Sequence record: SRR31156797_403
DNA length: 46,301 nt
Direction: 5' to 3' (one strand)
Made by a program: the position numbers and the translations under genes. The notes under the pieces were generated by a model. That model ran no database searches. It saw nothing but the letters and a program-made list of their open reading frames with translations, and was not told the DNA's origin. This document shows, piece by piece, positions 27,212 to 38,930 of this stretch. Every line of letters begins with the position of its first letter. Position 1 is the stretch's first letter.

Positions 27212-27280
27212 ATATTAGTGGGTTCATAACGTGGAGATTTAATATCAAAAAATCAAAAATCACACATCGGACACCTGATA

Positions 27281-29395
27281 TCAAATGAGCCCTTTCCGCT
27301 TTAACATGGCATCTTTCGCCGGCTCGCGGCCTCTGAATTTTTTGTAAAGCTCCATGGGATCTTCGGTTCCGCCCTTTTCAAGAATGTTTTCACGGAATAC
27401 CCGGGCAGTTTCCTGATCAAATAACCCGTTTTCCTTAAAGGCTTCAAAAGCATCTGCGTCCAGAATTTCAGCCCAGATGTAGCTGTAATAGCCTGATGAG
27501 TATCCGCCTGCAAAGATGTGCGCGAAATAGGACGAGCGATATCGAACCACAATTTCCGGGATCATCCCGATCTTTTCCATTGAGCCATTTTCAAAAGCGA
27601 GTGCCTCCTGATTTTCAGAAGTTGTGAGTGAATGCCAATCCATGTCGAGGTAACATGCTGAAAGATATTCAAGGGTAGCAAAACCCTGGTTGAATTTAGA
27701 GGCATTTTTAATCTTTTTGATCAACTCGTCCGGAATCGGTTCTCCGGTTTCATAATGTTTGGCATAACTTTTCATAACAGTCGGCTCTGCCGCCCAGTTT
27801 TCCATAATTTGGGAGGGGAGTTCCACAAAATCCCTTGCCACCGAAGTGCCTGATAAAGTGATGTAGTTACAATCAGAGAGCAGTCCGTGCAGGGCATGGC
27901 CAAATTCGTGAAACATCGTGGAGACTTCATCAAAACTCAGCAGCGCAGGTTTGTCGCCAGTAGGCTTCGAAAAGTTCATTACCATAGATATAACCGGTGC
28001 AACATTTTTTTCATTCTCCCTGTATTGCTTGCGATAGCTGGTCATCCAGGCACCGCCGCCTTTGGAAGCACGCGGATAAAAATCCATATACAAAATTCCA
28101 ATGTGGTCGCCGTTTGCTTCGGTAACTTCAAATGTTCTGACTTCGGGGTGGTATTCAGGAATATTATCCAGCTCTTTAAATTGAATGCCATAAAGTTTGG
28201 TTGATACGTCTAGCATGCCTGACAGCACATTTTCCAGTTCAAAGTAGGGGCGGAGTTGTTCCTCATCCAGGTCGTATTTTTGCATCTTCAGTTTTTCTGC
28301 ATAATACCACCAATCCCAAGGCTCCAGTGTGAAGTTTCCACCTTCGGCATCGATCATTTTTTGGAGTTCTGCAGCTTCCTTTTTGGCCATGGCCACTGCC
28401 GGCTCAAGTACTTCATCCAGGAAACTGTAAACGGTTTCAGGATTCCCGGCCATGTTCACTTCAAGCACATAATCGGCATGTGTGGGATACCCCAGCAGGT
28501 TGGCACGATCTACACGCAGCGCAGCCATTTTTGATGCAATTGCTTTATTGTCCTGCTCATTGTTGTTGTTTCCACGATTGATGTAGCCTTTAAATAATTT
28601 CTTTCTCAGATCGCGGTCTTCAGCATATTGCAGAAAAGGAATCAGGCTTGGCTTATGCAGCGTAAATAGCCATTGGCCCTTTTTTCCTTCTGCTTTGGCA
28701 GCTTCGGCAGCGGCATTTTTCACGGATTCAGGTAATCCTTTCAGATCATTTTCATCTGTAATAAACAATTGGAAATCGTTGGTTTCGGCAAGCAGGTTTT
28801 CATCAAATTGCAATGAAAGGAGTGATAGCTCTTCATTGATCTTTCTGAGTTTTGCTTTATCGGTTTCGTTGAGTGCAGCACCATTTCTGGAAAAGCGTTT
28901 GTAGGTTTTTTCAAGTAATGTGTTTTGTTCGGTGGTAAGATTCAATTTGTCCTTTTGGCCGTATACAGCAGCAACCTTTTCAAAAAGCATTTCGTTGAGC
29001 ATGATATCATCCTGATGAGCTGAAAGAAGCGGAGCGGCTTCTTTCGCCAACTTTTGCAGTTCATCGTTTGTATGTGCTGATTGCAGGTTGTAAAATACGT
29101 TGGTCACGTTTCGTAACTTTTTACCGCTGGCATCCAGCGCTGCGATGGTGTTTTCAAAAGTTGCTGCATCGCGGCGCCTGATGATGTTATTGATTTCGGC
29201 TTTTTGTTCATCAATTGCTGCTTTAATCGCAGGCAGGAAATGTTCGTTTTTGATCTCCCCGAACGGCGGAACATTAAAGGGTGTGTTGCAATCTGTTAAA
29301 AACGGGTTCATGTTTTCTTTGGTTTTTTTAGTTTGGGTGTTGCAAGCCGTCATGGTAAAGCCCACCACAATCAGTAAAGTCAGTGTTCTAAACAT
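27281..29395 (-). CDS. dcp: Peptidyl-dipeptidase Dcp (M3 metallopeptidase), lipoprotein
   Basis: MTAC lipobox, NPFL...PPF, KGGGAWM, FHEFGHALH, DFVELPSQ, HIFAGGYSSGYYSY. Confidence 0.92.
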   Translation of the reverse strand: MFRTLTLLIVVGFTMTACNTQTKKTKENMNPFLTDCNTPFNVPPFGEIKNEHFLPAIKAAIDEQKAEINNIIRRRDAATFENTIAALDASGKKLRNVTNVFYNLQSAHTNDELQKLAKEAAPLLSAHQDDIMLNEMLFEKVAAVYGQKDKLNLTTEQNTLLEKTYKRFSRNGAALNETDKAKLRKINEELSLLSLQFDENLLAETNDFQLFITDENDLKGLPESVKNAAAEAAKAEGKKGQWLFTLHKPSLIPFLQYAEDRDLRKKLFKGYINRGNNNNEQDNKAIASKMAALRVDRANLLGYPTHADYVLEVNMAGNPETVYSFLDEVLEPAVAMAKKEAAELQKMIDAEGGNFTLEPWDWWYYAEKLKMQKYDLDEEQLRPYFELENVLSGMLDVSTKLYGIQFKELDNIPEYHPEVRTFEVTEANGDHIGILYMDFYPRASKGGGAWMTSYRKQYRENEKNVAPVISMVMNFSKPTGDKPALLSFDEVSTMFHEFGHALHGLLSDCNYITLSGTSVARDFVELPSQIMENWAAEPTVMKSYAKHYETGEPIPDELIKKIKNASKFNQGFATLEYLSACYLDMDWHSLTTSENQEALAFENGSMEKIGMIPEIVVRYRSSYFAHIFAGGYSSGYYSYIWAEILDADAFEAFKENGLFDQETARVFRENILEKGGTEDPMELYKKFRGREPAKDAMLKRKGLI

Positions 29396-29426
29396 AGTAA
29401 GATGATTTTGGTTTTGAAATTCGCGG

Positions 29427-29434
29427 CAAATGTA
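29427..29434 (-). promoter_or_regulatory. -7 promoter element of dcp
   Basis: TACATTTG on the minus strand, about 31 nt upstream of the ATG. Confidence 0.6.
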
Positions 29435-29733
29435 AGGAATTGGAGATTGAGAAAGGGTTTAAATTCTCGTAGGAATATGCAATTATTTTGGATTGGCTAA
29501 AGAACTTATTGGGAGAAGCTGGAAGTCTTTAATGAATGATTTTAGAATTGCAGGGTAATATTCAAACTGTTAGTACCATCCTGATGAAAAAATCCAATTC
29601 TTGGTTTGTAAAGCCATTTAGCATCTTATAAATCTTCCCTGCTCTGGGTGCGAAAGTACTGGTCCTGGTTCTTCTGGCGAATGTGAACCAACTATTATTG
29701 CTTGAATGATTTTATTTTCAAGTGATTGTTATT

Positions 29734-30111
29734 TCAGTTAGTTAGCCATTTCAGCCCGGCTGCCCGTGTTGAGAACACCCTGACTACAAATCCTACCTGT
29801 TCGTTCACGTCACCTTCAAACAGTAATGATAGGGCGGTTGTCATAGGTTCGCTCATAATGAGTGCCTGTTTCTTGCCTTCCAGAATGGGTTTAAGTTTCA
29901 AGAGAAATCCCGTGATTTCATCGATATCCTAGATGTTCATGTTGAATTTTGCATCCGCATAATCCGATAAAAGGTTATATCCCAATTCTGTAAATTCTTT
30001 CATCTGCAGGAATTCCTTCCAGGCATATCCAATATCTTCTTTACCAATAAAACCGGAATGCTTATAATGTATGATCCTGGTTTGGTGATCGATTTTGATG
30101 CTATAATTCAT
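29734..30111 (-). pseudogene. SpoIIAA/STAS-SEC14-like small protein interrupted by an in-frame TAG at 29931-29929
   Basis: The frame continues past the TAG as DIDEITGFLLKLKPILEGKKQALIMSEPMTTALSLLFEGDVNEQVGFVVRVFSTRAAGLKWLTN*, ending in a typical VF.T...A/G..WL. Confidence 0.7.
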
Positions 30112-30160
30112 AATTTTAAATATACTAACCTATGACAGGGCTAAGTTATTGAGTAGAAAA

Positions 30161-30196
30161 TTTAAAAGGCCATCCTTAATTATTTGGATGGCCTTT
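30161..30196 (-). terminator. Terminator of katG
   Basis: AAAGGCCATCC-N10-GGATGGCCTTT inverted repeat with a U-tail on the minus strand. Confidence 0.8.
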
Positions 30197-30231
30197 AGTT
30201 ATTTAAATCGTTATGGGTTGAGCTTCAATTG

Positions 30232-32466
<2,235 letters not shown>

Positions 32467-32611
32467 TTAACAAGTCCTGAGGGGATAAAGTTTAATATTC
32501 AGGTAAAAAACACCAATTGTTTTATCATCTGAGGTTCACACGGCATGTTTCATTTACAATTCTACCTCATAACGCATATTTTACACCTCAAACCAGCGTT
32601 GATTGTATAAA

Positions 32612-33265
32612 TTATTGAATCAGTACCTTAATGTGTTTCTTGTCAGATTTTAAAGCCACTTCAATCAAATAAACTCCTGAAGTTAAACCTGCAGTTGGAA
32701 TATATTGTATGGATTCAGATGCATCCTTTAAATCATACTTTCGGATCAGTTGTCCGGTTATATAATATAAACGGATGTTTTCAAGCAGTTCCTCCTGATT
32801 CCCCAGGCTAAGGGTAATGAAATCTCCGGCTTTTACCGGATTTGTGATCAAGTACATTTTATTTTTTTGATGTTCCTGAAGGTCGATAAGTATATCATAA
32901 ATGTACGCTGAATCAACTGCCGGTGATAAGCTTGAATCGTTGTTGTATACTGCCCTCACTTTTAAGTAGAAAGGTATTCCGTTATAAAAATCGGGATATG
33001 TACATGGTGAATAACCTTCACATCCAACATGGGTTGCGCCGGTAAAAATCCAGGATTCGCTGTCTTTAAAAAGCATGTAGCCAATGAGCGTATCCATTGA
33101 ATTGTCAGGGGATGACCAGTTTACCACGAAACAGTTGTAGGTTGGGCAGTTCGGGTTTCCAAAATCATAAAACTGTGAATAGTCAAAATCATTTACAGGG
33201 TTCAACTGGGCAATCAAAGCTATCTTGAGAAGAATAAACCAACAGGTTAAGGCCAAATTTTTCAT
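32612..33265 (-). CDS. Secreted protein with T9SS type A sorting domain
   Basis: Signal peptide, small Cys-containing FN3-like domain, ITNPV...GQLI...SGVYLI...KVLIQ. TATATTTG promoter at 33310-33303. Confidence 0.75.
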   Translation of the reverse strand: MKNLALTCWFILLKIALIAQLNPVNDFDYSQFYDFGNPNCPTYNCFVVNWSSPDNSMDTLIGYMLFKDSESWIFTGATHVGCEGYSPCTYPDFYNGIPFYLKVRAVYNNDSSLSPAVDSAYIYDILIDLQEHQKNKMYLITNPVKAGDFITLSLGNQEELLENIRLYYITGQLIRKYDLKDASESIQYIPTAGLTSGVYLIEVALKSDKKHIKVLIQ

Positions 33266-33466
33266 TTCTTTTTTTTGGAAATTTTCAATACGTTAATTCC
33301 AACAAATATAGCGGATTGTGGATTTAAATCATAGGTATCCTGATAACTTTTATCGATTTCTCCCGATTAAGCCTTTTAACCAGACAACAGTTTGATTTAA
33401 AGACACCTTCAAATACACGGCAATTCGAATATTCAGAACATATTTGATGGTGATTATTTAATCCGG

Positions 33467-33491
33467 GCAACTTTTTCTTAACTTGCTGCAT
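33467..33491 (+). promoter_or_regulatory. Putative ECF-type autoregulatory promoter
   Basis: GCAAC (33467-71), 16 nt, then GCAT, about 12 nt before the sigma ATG. Confidence 0.45.
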
Positions 33492-33503
33492 TTATCATAT
33501 CGA

Positions 33504-34064
33504 ATGGCCGAACGAACGATCTATAGCGAAGAGATTTTAGCGGAGTGGTGCCGCAAAGGCGACCGGAAATCGCAGAAGTATCTCTACGAAACCTGGGCAA
33601 ATCCCATGTTCAGATTATTGTTTCGTTACCTGGGAAATGAACAGGATGCCGATGACGCGCTGGTAACTGGATTCAGGAAGGTGTTTGAAAAAATCGGTAA
33701 TTTCAGGTTCAGGGGTAAGGGCAGTCTTGAGGCATGGATCAGAAGGATTATGGTGAACGAGGCTTTGATGATGCTTCGTGGAAGAAAACCGTTTGAAGAT
33801 TTACTGGAAGATGACAATCAAAATGCAGATTATGTTGATGCCGGAACAGAACTGGAAGCAGAGGATGTTTACAACCTGGTGAAAGCGCTGCCGGTGGGTT
33901 ACCGAACCGTTTTTAACCTCTTCATTATCGAAGGATACAACCACGCTGAGATTGCTGAAAAACTAAACATAACCGAAAGTACCAGCAAATCGCAGTTATT
34001 GAAGGCCAGAAAAAAATTACAGGAACAAATCATACAAACAAAAACAGGCTATGAACTCGGATAA
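33504..34064 (+). CDS. ECF sigma-70 factor
   Basis: DADD...GF..VF...SLEAWIRRIMVN (region 2) and LPVGYRTVFNL...EGYNHAEIA...TSKSQL (region 4). Confidence 0.92.
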   Translation: MAERTIYSEEILAEWCRKGDRKSQKYLYETWANPMFRLLFRYLGNEQDADDALVTGFRKVFEKIGNFRFRGKGSLEAWIRRIMVNEALMMLRGRKPFEDLLEDDNQNADYVDAGTELEAEDVYNLVKALPVGYRTVFNLFIIEGYNHAEIAEKLNITESTSKSQLLKARKKLQEQIIQTKTGYELG

Positions 34065-34722
34065 AATGGATCAATATATCAGGGAGAAAATACAAAGCCT
34101 TGACAGGGTGAAGGTACCGGAGACTTCCTGGACACCGCAGAGAAGCTGGGATCGTATTAAGCCAAAGAAAAAAAGAGCTGCCATTTTTTGGTGGAGTGGG
34201 GGAAGTGTGGCAGCTGTAATTTTGCTGTTGATTGGTTACTTGTGGTTATTCCCGCAGCCAAATATTCAAAATAACACTATTGCCACTCATGATCTGCCTG
34301 AACAAGAATTTGATAAGGTTGATACCCACGTAGAAAATATACTTGAAGAAGAAAACAAATTGGTTGAGGGCCAGCTTGAGGAAAATGCGCTTGCGGATGA
34401 AGGCAAAGTGGCAGAAGTCGAAGAGCCATTAAAGAGATATCATGATGATATTTCACCTGCTTACATGCAGCCAAATTTTATCACCGGCCTTTTGGCAAAA
34501 AATGATCTAAACCTGGATGCACCCTCAAAGAGAAATATGCAAATTGATGAAGATCAAAAAACAGAGGAAAAAATCGCATTCAACAGGGTGTATGTTTTTA
34601 AGAAAAATTCGGGTGGAAAAATGACTGTTGATCCAACCAGGCCCGAGTTAGCCATTCGAATTGACCTTACAATGAAAAGTTCAAATGAACCGCCTCGCGG
34701 GATCTTAGCCGGGCTGCGGTAA
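34051..34722 (+). CDS. Probable anti-sigma factor (single TM)
   Basis: Overlaps the sigma stop. Short cytoplasmic P...W..I N-terminus, one TM, acidic linker. Confidence 0.65.
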   Translation: MNSDKMDQYIREKIQSLDRVKVPETSWTPQRSWDRIKPKKKRAAIFWWSGGSVAAVILLLIGYLWLFPQPNIQNNTIATHDLPEQEFDKVDTHVENILEEENKLVEGQLEENALADEGKVAEVEEPLKRYHDDISPAYMQPNFITGLLAKNDLNLDAPSKRNMQIDEDQKTEEKIAFNRVYVFKKNSGGKMTVDPTRPELAIRIDLTMKSSNEPPRGILAGLR

Positions 34723-34812
34723 TTCAATTTTACGTCGAGCTGAGCATTTTTTAATAAATTAAAATTAGTATAAAAGTTAGACAGTTTTATATAATCTAAA
34801 CCATTCAAAATC

Positions 34813-35841
34813 ATGAAGAAACAATTATTACTGGCCATTCTGGTGATGGCAGCTGCTACTGTTGTGCTTAGTGCGCAGGAAAAAAAAACATCGATTTTTG
34901 CCGATACACTCTATATAAGCGGCAATGCGGATTACAGGCTGATGATCGTCAGTGAAAATATCGGGAAGTACGAACCGGCAGATACTTTGAATCGTGTTTT
35001 CGATGATATTTTTAATAATTTACTGGTAATTGAATTTCCGGATATGCGCGACCGCTATTTCAAAGTGTTTTATAACATGGATGCGCAGGGGAATTCCTCT
35101 TTGCGATTTAAGGATGTTTCGGATGAGGACAAAACATGGGTGGTGCTTGAAAATGGCGAAACCCTTCCACCGGCACCGGTTGAACTGGTTGTATCGCAGG
35201 GGCCGGCCACTAGGATTCATTGCTTTTTAAACTCCATGCTGGATGTGGAAATGCTTATTAATGAAGATTTGCATGCTTTGATAGTTGACGTCCTTACAAA
35301 ACAACGGGAGGAGATCCATGAGATCAGGCGCGTTGCCACAACCACCATGTGGGACCTGCAAAACGGGAAACCAAAGGATAATGCAACGCAGTATTACCGG
35401 AACACAAAAATTAGCGACCAACTTGAACTAAGTGGAACCGTTGGGGCTTCACTGATCCGGAATACGCTGGTTCCATCCATAGACCTGATGCTTGGGGTTG
35501 GTATTGCCAATAAAACCCGGATGAAGCACAAGGCCAATATCGACCTTTCGATGAACTATATTTTTAGCGAAAAAGCAGAAAGCGGATTCAGCACCGACAT
35601 CAACACCTTTATTGGTGCAAGCTATTTTATCAATACTTCAAAATACAGTGGAAACCCTAACTGGTATGGGATAGGCGTGTCGTACCTGGCCTGGCGAAAT
35701 GGGGATTTCTTTGAAAAGGACACCTGGCGAATATCACTTGGAGCAAAATTTGGAGATCGTTATTCAATTATGCCGGAACTTTATATAGGCGATAATTTCA
35801 ATTCGTTGATTCCCGGCCTGAAACTTAAAATATGGTTTTGA
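34813..35841 (+). CDS. Hypothetical outer-membrane protein, probable ECF regulon member
   Basis: Signal peptide, alternating beta-strand C-terminal region, terminal Phe (GLKLKIWF). Confidence 0.6.
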   Translation: MKKQLLLAILVMAAATVVLSAQEKKTSIFADTLYISGNADYRLMIVSENIGKYEPADTLNRVFDDIFNNLLVIEFPDMRDRYFKVFYNMDAQGNSSLRFKDVSDEDKTWVVLENGETLPPAPVELVVSQGPATRIHCFLNSMLDVEMLINEDLHALIVDVLTKQREEIHEIRRVATTTMWDLQNGKPKDNATQYYRNTKISDQLELSGTVGASLIRNTLVPSIDLMLGVGIANKTRMKHKANIDLSMNYIFSEKAESGFSTDINTFIGASYFINTSKYSGNPNWYGIGVSYLAWRNGDFFEKDTWRISLGAKFGDRYSIMPELYIGDNFNSLIPGLKLKIWF

Positions 35842-35893
35842 TGCCTGACCTGCCTGGTGCTCCAAATCCAGGCATTGTTTTTATTTTTGAAAA

Positions 35894-36580
35894 ATGAAAA
35901 CATTTGCGCAAAAAGCCATAACCTTTCACAAAAACCTGAACCTGGAATTGCCCGGAGGCGAAATTGAGGTACTGAATCCTTTCCGGAGCGAAAATGTGAT
36001 GAATTATGTTTCCGCATTTTTTATGAAATATTTTAATGATGACCGACCACGGACTTTCTTATTCGGAATAAACCCCGGGCGGTTCGGGGCCGGCATTACC
36101 GGGATATCATTTACCGACCCTGTGAACCTTCAGGGAAAATGTGGTATTGAAAATGATTTTGAAAAACGCCATGAATTGTCATCACAATTTATTTATGAAG
36201 TAATTGATGCCTATGGTGGTGTGAAACCATTTTATGATCAGTTTTTCATGACTGCTATTTCACCACTCGGTTTTGTGAAGCAGGGCAAAAACATCAATTA
36301 TTATGATGAGAAAGTGTTGCAGGAAATATGCACTCCCTTTATCGAACAGACCATGAAGGAACAGATGAACCTGGGTGCATTCAGGAAGCGGGTAGTTTGC
36401 ATTGGTGGGGGCAAAAACCTGAAGTACCTCAGTAAGCTCAATAGCAGGCTTAGCTTGTTTGAGGAGATCATTCCGGTAGAGCACCCACGTTTTGTGATGC
36501 AATATCGCCGGAGGTCTAAGGCTCAATTTGTTAAAAAATATTTGGACGCTCTTAAATTATGTGAATCAGTCAATATTTGA
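35894..36580 (+). CDS. SMUG2/DUF4918 uracil-DNA glycosylase superfamily protein
   Basis: GINPGRFGAGITGISFTDP, ELSSQF, SPLGF, NYYD, EHPRFVMQY. Confidence 0.85.
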   Translation: MKTFAQKAITFHKNLNLELPGGEIEVLNPFRSENVMNYVSAFFMKYFNDDRPRTFLFGINPGRFGAGITGISFTDPVNLQGKCGIENDFEKRHELSSQFIYEVIDAYGGVKPFYDQFFMTAISPLGFVKQGKNINYYDEKVLQEICTPFIEQTMKEQMNLGAFRKRVVCIGGGKNLKYLSKLNSRLSLFEEIIPVEHPRFVMQYRRRSKAQFVKKYLDALKLCESVNI

Positions 36581-36625
36581 TATACCCTTAAGTTTATTTT
36601 GCGTTACACGGCAAATAAACTTACT

Positions 36626-36739
36626 ATGGACAACTACGAAAAATCACTCCGGAAAAAACTCGTGCGCGATGCCTTCATAGGCCTTGGCGTGATCGGATTT
36701 ATTTTAATGCTGTTTGTTGTGATCACTGTTATGCTCTAA
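36626..36739 (+). CDS. Putative 37-aa single-pass membrane protein (below the ORF-track cutoff)
   Basis: MDNYEKSLRKKLVRDAFIGLGVIGFILMLFVVITVML*, with an A-rich upstream region. Confidence 0.5.
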   Translation: MDNYEKSLRKKLVRDAFIGLGVIGFILMLFVVITVML

Positions 36740-37430
36740 CCGGCAACAGATCCAAAAACCAAAATCCTGGTTTAACTTCAATACCTTTCGGAGATGAATA
36801 ATATTTCTTGACCGTTTCCCCAAATTTGAAATCCAGTTTGGATGAAAATAGCGGTCCGTCAGTGACCAGGGTATGAAATTCACCGTTTTCTCCGCAAGGG
36901 TCAACATCATATGGTAGCTCAGAAATAAAACTTTTGTCATAATCCCTTCCCAGGATTGCCTTTCCAAAATGTTTCGCATCAGCCGAAACAATTACGGCCT
37001 TAAAGCCATCATCAAGAAATTGCCTTGAAAGCATCCTTGTATTCATTTTCCAAAGTGGGAACACGGCTTCCAATCCAACGCTCTGCATCTGCTTTTCCCG
37101 AAACTGTCGTAGATCTTCAAGAAAGATATCTCCGAACACAGAATGATGAAATCCCTCCCTTTTCAATTGTTCATATTTCTTTCCCGTTAAATTTTCATAG
37201 GTAGTATTATCAGGGCTTTCAGGTAAATAGACCTTTTCGACAGGGATTCCCAACAATTGAGCCTGTAAATCAATTATTTGTTCCCGTATTCCGTGCATGC
37301 TAACACGGTTTGAAGGTATTGAAATCGAAGTTAACAGCCTGACCTCAACCGCCGGGAACTTCTCTCTTAGCAGGTATAAAGCATAAGAGCAATCTTTCCC
37401 GCCACTCCAATTTATTATTGCTTTTTTCAT
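36729..37430 (-). CDS. Dph6-related PP-loop ATP pyrophosphatase (diphthine-ammonia ligase family)
   Basis: WSGGKDC, RVSMHG, FGDIFLEDLR, FPLW, DPCGENGEFHT. Confidence 0.88.
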   Translation of the reverse strand: MKKAIINWSGGKDCSYALYLLREKFPAVEVRLLTSISIPSNRVSMHGIREQIIDLQAQLLGIPVEKVYLPESPDNTTYENLTGKKYEQLKREGFHHSVFGDIFLEDLRQFREKQMQSVGLEAVFPLWKMNTRMLSRQFLDDGFKAVIVSADAKHFGKAILGRDYDKSFISELPYDVDPCGENGEFHTLVTDGPLFSSKLDFKFGETVKKYYSSPKGIEVKPGFWFLDLLPVRA

Positions 37431-37529
37431 TTTATTGCTTTTACTTTGAATAATCTTTCTATCTTTATCTTAATTAAAGTAGTTCGACAAAAATCAAAAT
37501 TATAAAAGTACTCACCAAAATTATTGATT

Positions 37530-38852
37530 ATGAAAATTTCTATTGTTGGTACTGGCTATGTAGGACTGGTTACCGGAACTTGTTTTTCTGAAGTTGGTAT
37601 TGATGTTACATGTGTTGACATTGATGAAAAAAAGATCGAAAACCTTAAGAAAGGTATCATACCCATTTTTGAGCCTGGGCTGGAGCCAATGGTGCAGCGC
37701 AATGTTGAAAAGGGCAGACTTCATTTTTCTACAAATCTGGCATCTACACTTGATGGGACAGATGTGATTTTCTCAGCTGTAGGAACTCCACCTGACGAAG
37801 ATGGAAGTGCCGACCTGAAGTATGTATTAGATGTAGCACGCGAAGTTGGTAAAAACATGACCGATTATGTTTTGATGGTAACCAAAAGCACCGTGCCGGT
37901 TGGTACTGCAGCAAAAGTGAGAACAGCTATTCAGGAAGAACTGGATAAACGTGGCGTTAATATTGCCTTTGATGTGGCTTCAAATCCTGAGTTTCTTAAA
38001 GAAGGCGCCGCTGTTGATGACTTTTTGAAACCGGACAGAATAGTTGTGGGGGTTGAATCGGAAAAAGCAGAACATATCATGAAAAGGTTGTATAAGCCAT
38101 TTACGCTTAATGGGCATCCTGTGATTTTTATGGATGTTCCTTCAGCGGAGATGACAAAATATGCAGCTAACTCCATGCTTGCTACCAAGATCAGTTTCAT
38201 GAACGATATTGCAAACCTCTGTGAAATAGTCGGTGCAAATGTAAACCTGGTCCGAAAAGGTATTGGCTCTGATTCACGAATTGGAAAAAAATTCATTTAT
38301 CCGGGTATTGGATACGGCGGATCCTGCTTCCCCAAAGATGTTAAAGCCTTGATTAAGACTGCTGATCAAAATGGATATACCTTACGTGTTTTGAAATCAG
38401 TTGAAGAAGTTAACGAATCTCAGAAATCGGTACTTTATAATAAGCTCTCCAGGCATTTTGATGGGAACCTTGAAGGTAAAACCATTGCTATGTGGGGGCT
38501 GTCGTTTAAACCACAAACTGACGACATGCGTGAAGCTCCGGCCCTGGTGCTTATCGAAAAGCTGATTGCTGCCGGAGTAAAAGTTAAAGCTTATGATCCC
38601 GTTGCGATGGAAGAATCGAAACGCCGGATTGGCGATGCCGTGGAATACTCCAAAGACCAGTATGAAGCACTGATTGATGCAGACGCATTGCTGATCGTTA
38701 CAGAGTGGCCGGAATTTAGGTTCCCTAACTTCAATGTTGTTAAAAAACTTTTGAATGCTCCATTGATTTTTGATGGCAGAAATGTTTATGATCCCGAGGA
38801 GATGCACGAAACTGGATTTGACTATTTCTGCATTGGAATCAATACAAAATAA
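37530..38852 (+). CDS. ugd: UDP-glucose 6-dehydrogenase
   Basis: GTGYVGL, VGTP, KSTVPVGT, NPEFLKEG, KYAAN, GYGGSCFPKD, FKPQTDDMRE. Confidence 0.95.
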   Translation: MKISIVGTGYVGLVTGTCFSEVGIDVTCVDIDEKKIENLKKGIIPIFEPGLEPMVQRNVEKGRLHFSTNLASTLDGTDVIFSAVGTPPDEDGSADLKYVLDVAREVGKNMTDYVLMVTKSTVPVGTAAKVRTAIQEELDKRGVNIAFDVASNPEFLKEGAAVDDFLKPDRIVVGVESEKAEHIMKRLYKPFTLNGHPVIFMDVPSAEMTKYAANSMLATKISFMNDIANLCEIVGANVNLVRKGIGSDSRIGKKFIYPGIGYGGSCFPKDVKALIKTADQNGYTLRVLKSVEEVNESQKSVLYNKLSRHFDGNLEGKTIAMWGLSFKPQTDDMREAPALVLIEKLIAAGVKVKAYDPVAMEESKRRIGDAVEYSKDQYEALIDADALLIVTEWPEFRFPNFNVVKKLLNAPLIFDGRNVYDPEEMHETGFDYFCIGINTK

Positions 38853-38869
38853 ACTTATCATAAAACCGG

Positions 38870-38918
38870 ATGCCTGTGATTACCGCAATAAATTTGACGG
38901 ATTCACAGGCATTTTTTT
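38870..38918 (+). terminator. Stem-loop with U-tail between ugd and uxs
   Basis: ATGCCTGTGA...TCACAGGCAT followed by a T-run. Confidence 0.6.
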
Positions 38919-38930
38919 AATATACGGACT

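Noticed and set aside
29562-29624. Minus-strand 20-aa ORF MLNGFTNQELDFFIRMVLTV, faintly like restriction-modification C-termini
   Set aside because: Too short, with no supporting upstream homology, so probably chance
29929-29931. Genome-wide TAG reassignment or pyrrolysine insertion
   Set aside because: Several genes end properly in TAG, there are no pyl genes in the window, and the protein is not a methylamine methyltransferase
32506-32524. AAAAACA-N5-TGTTTTT inverted repeat upstream of katG as an OxyR/PerR site
   Set aside because: Low complexity in an AT-rich region, and it does not match the ATAG-N7-CTAT OxyR pattern
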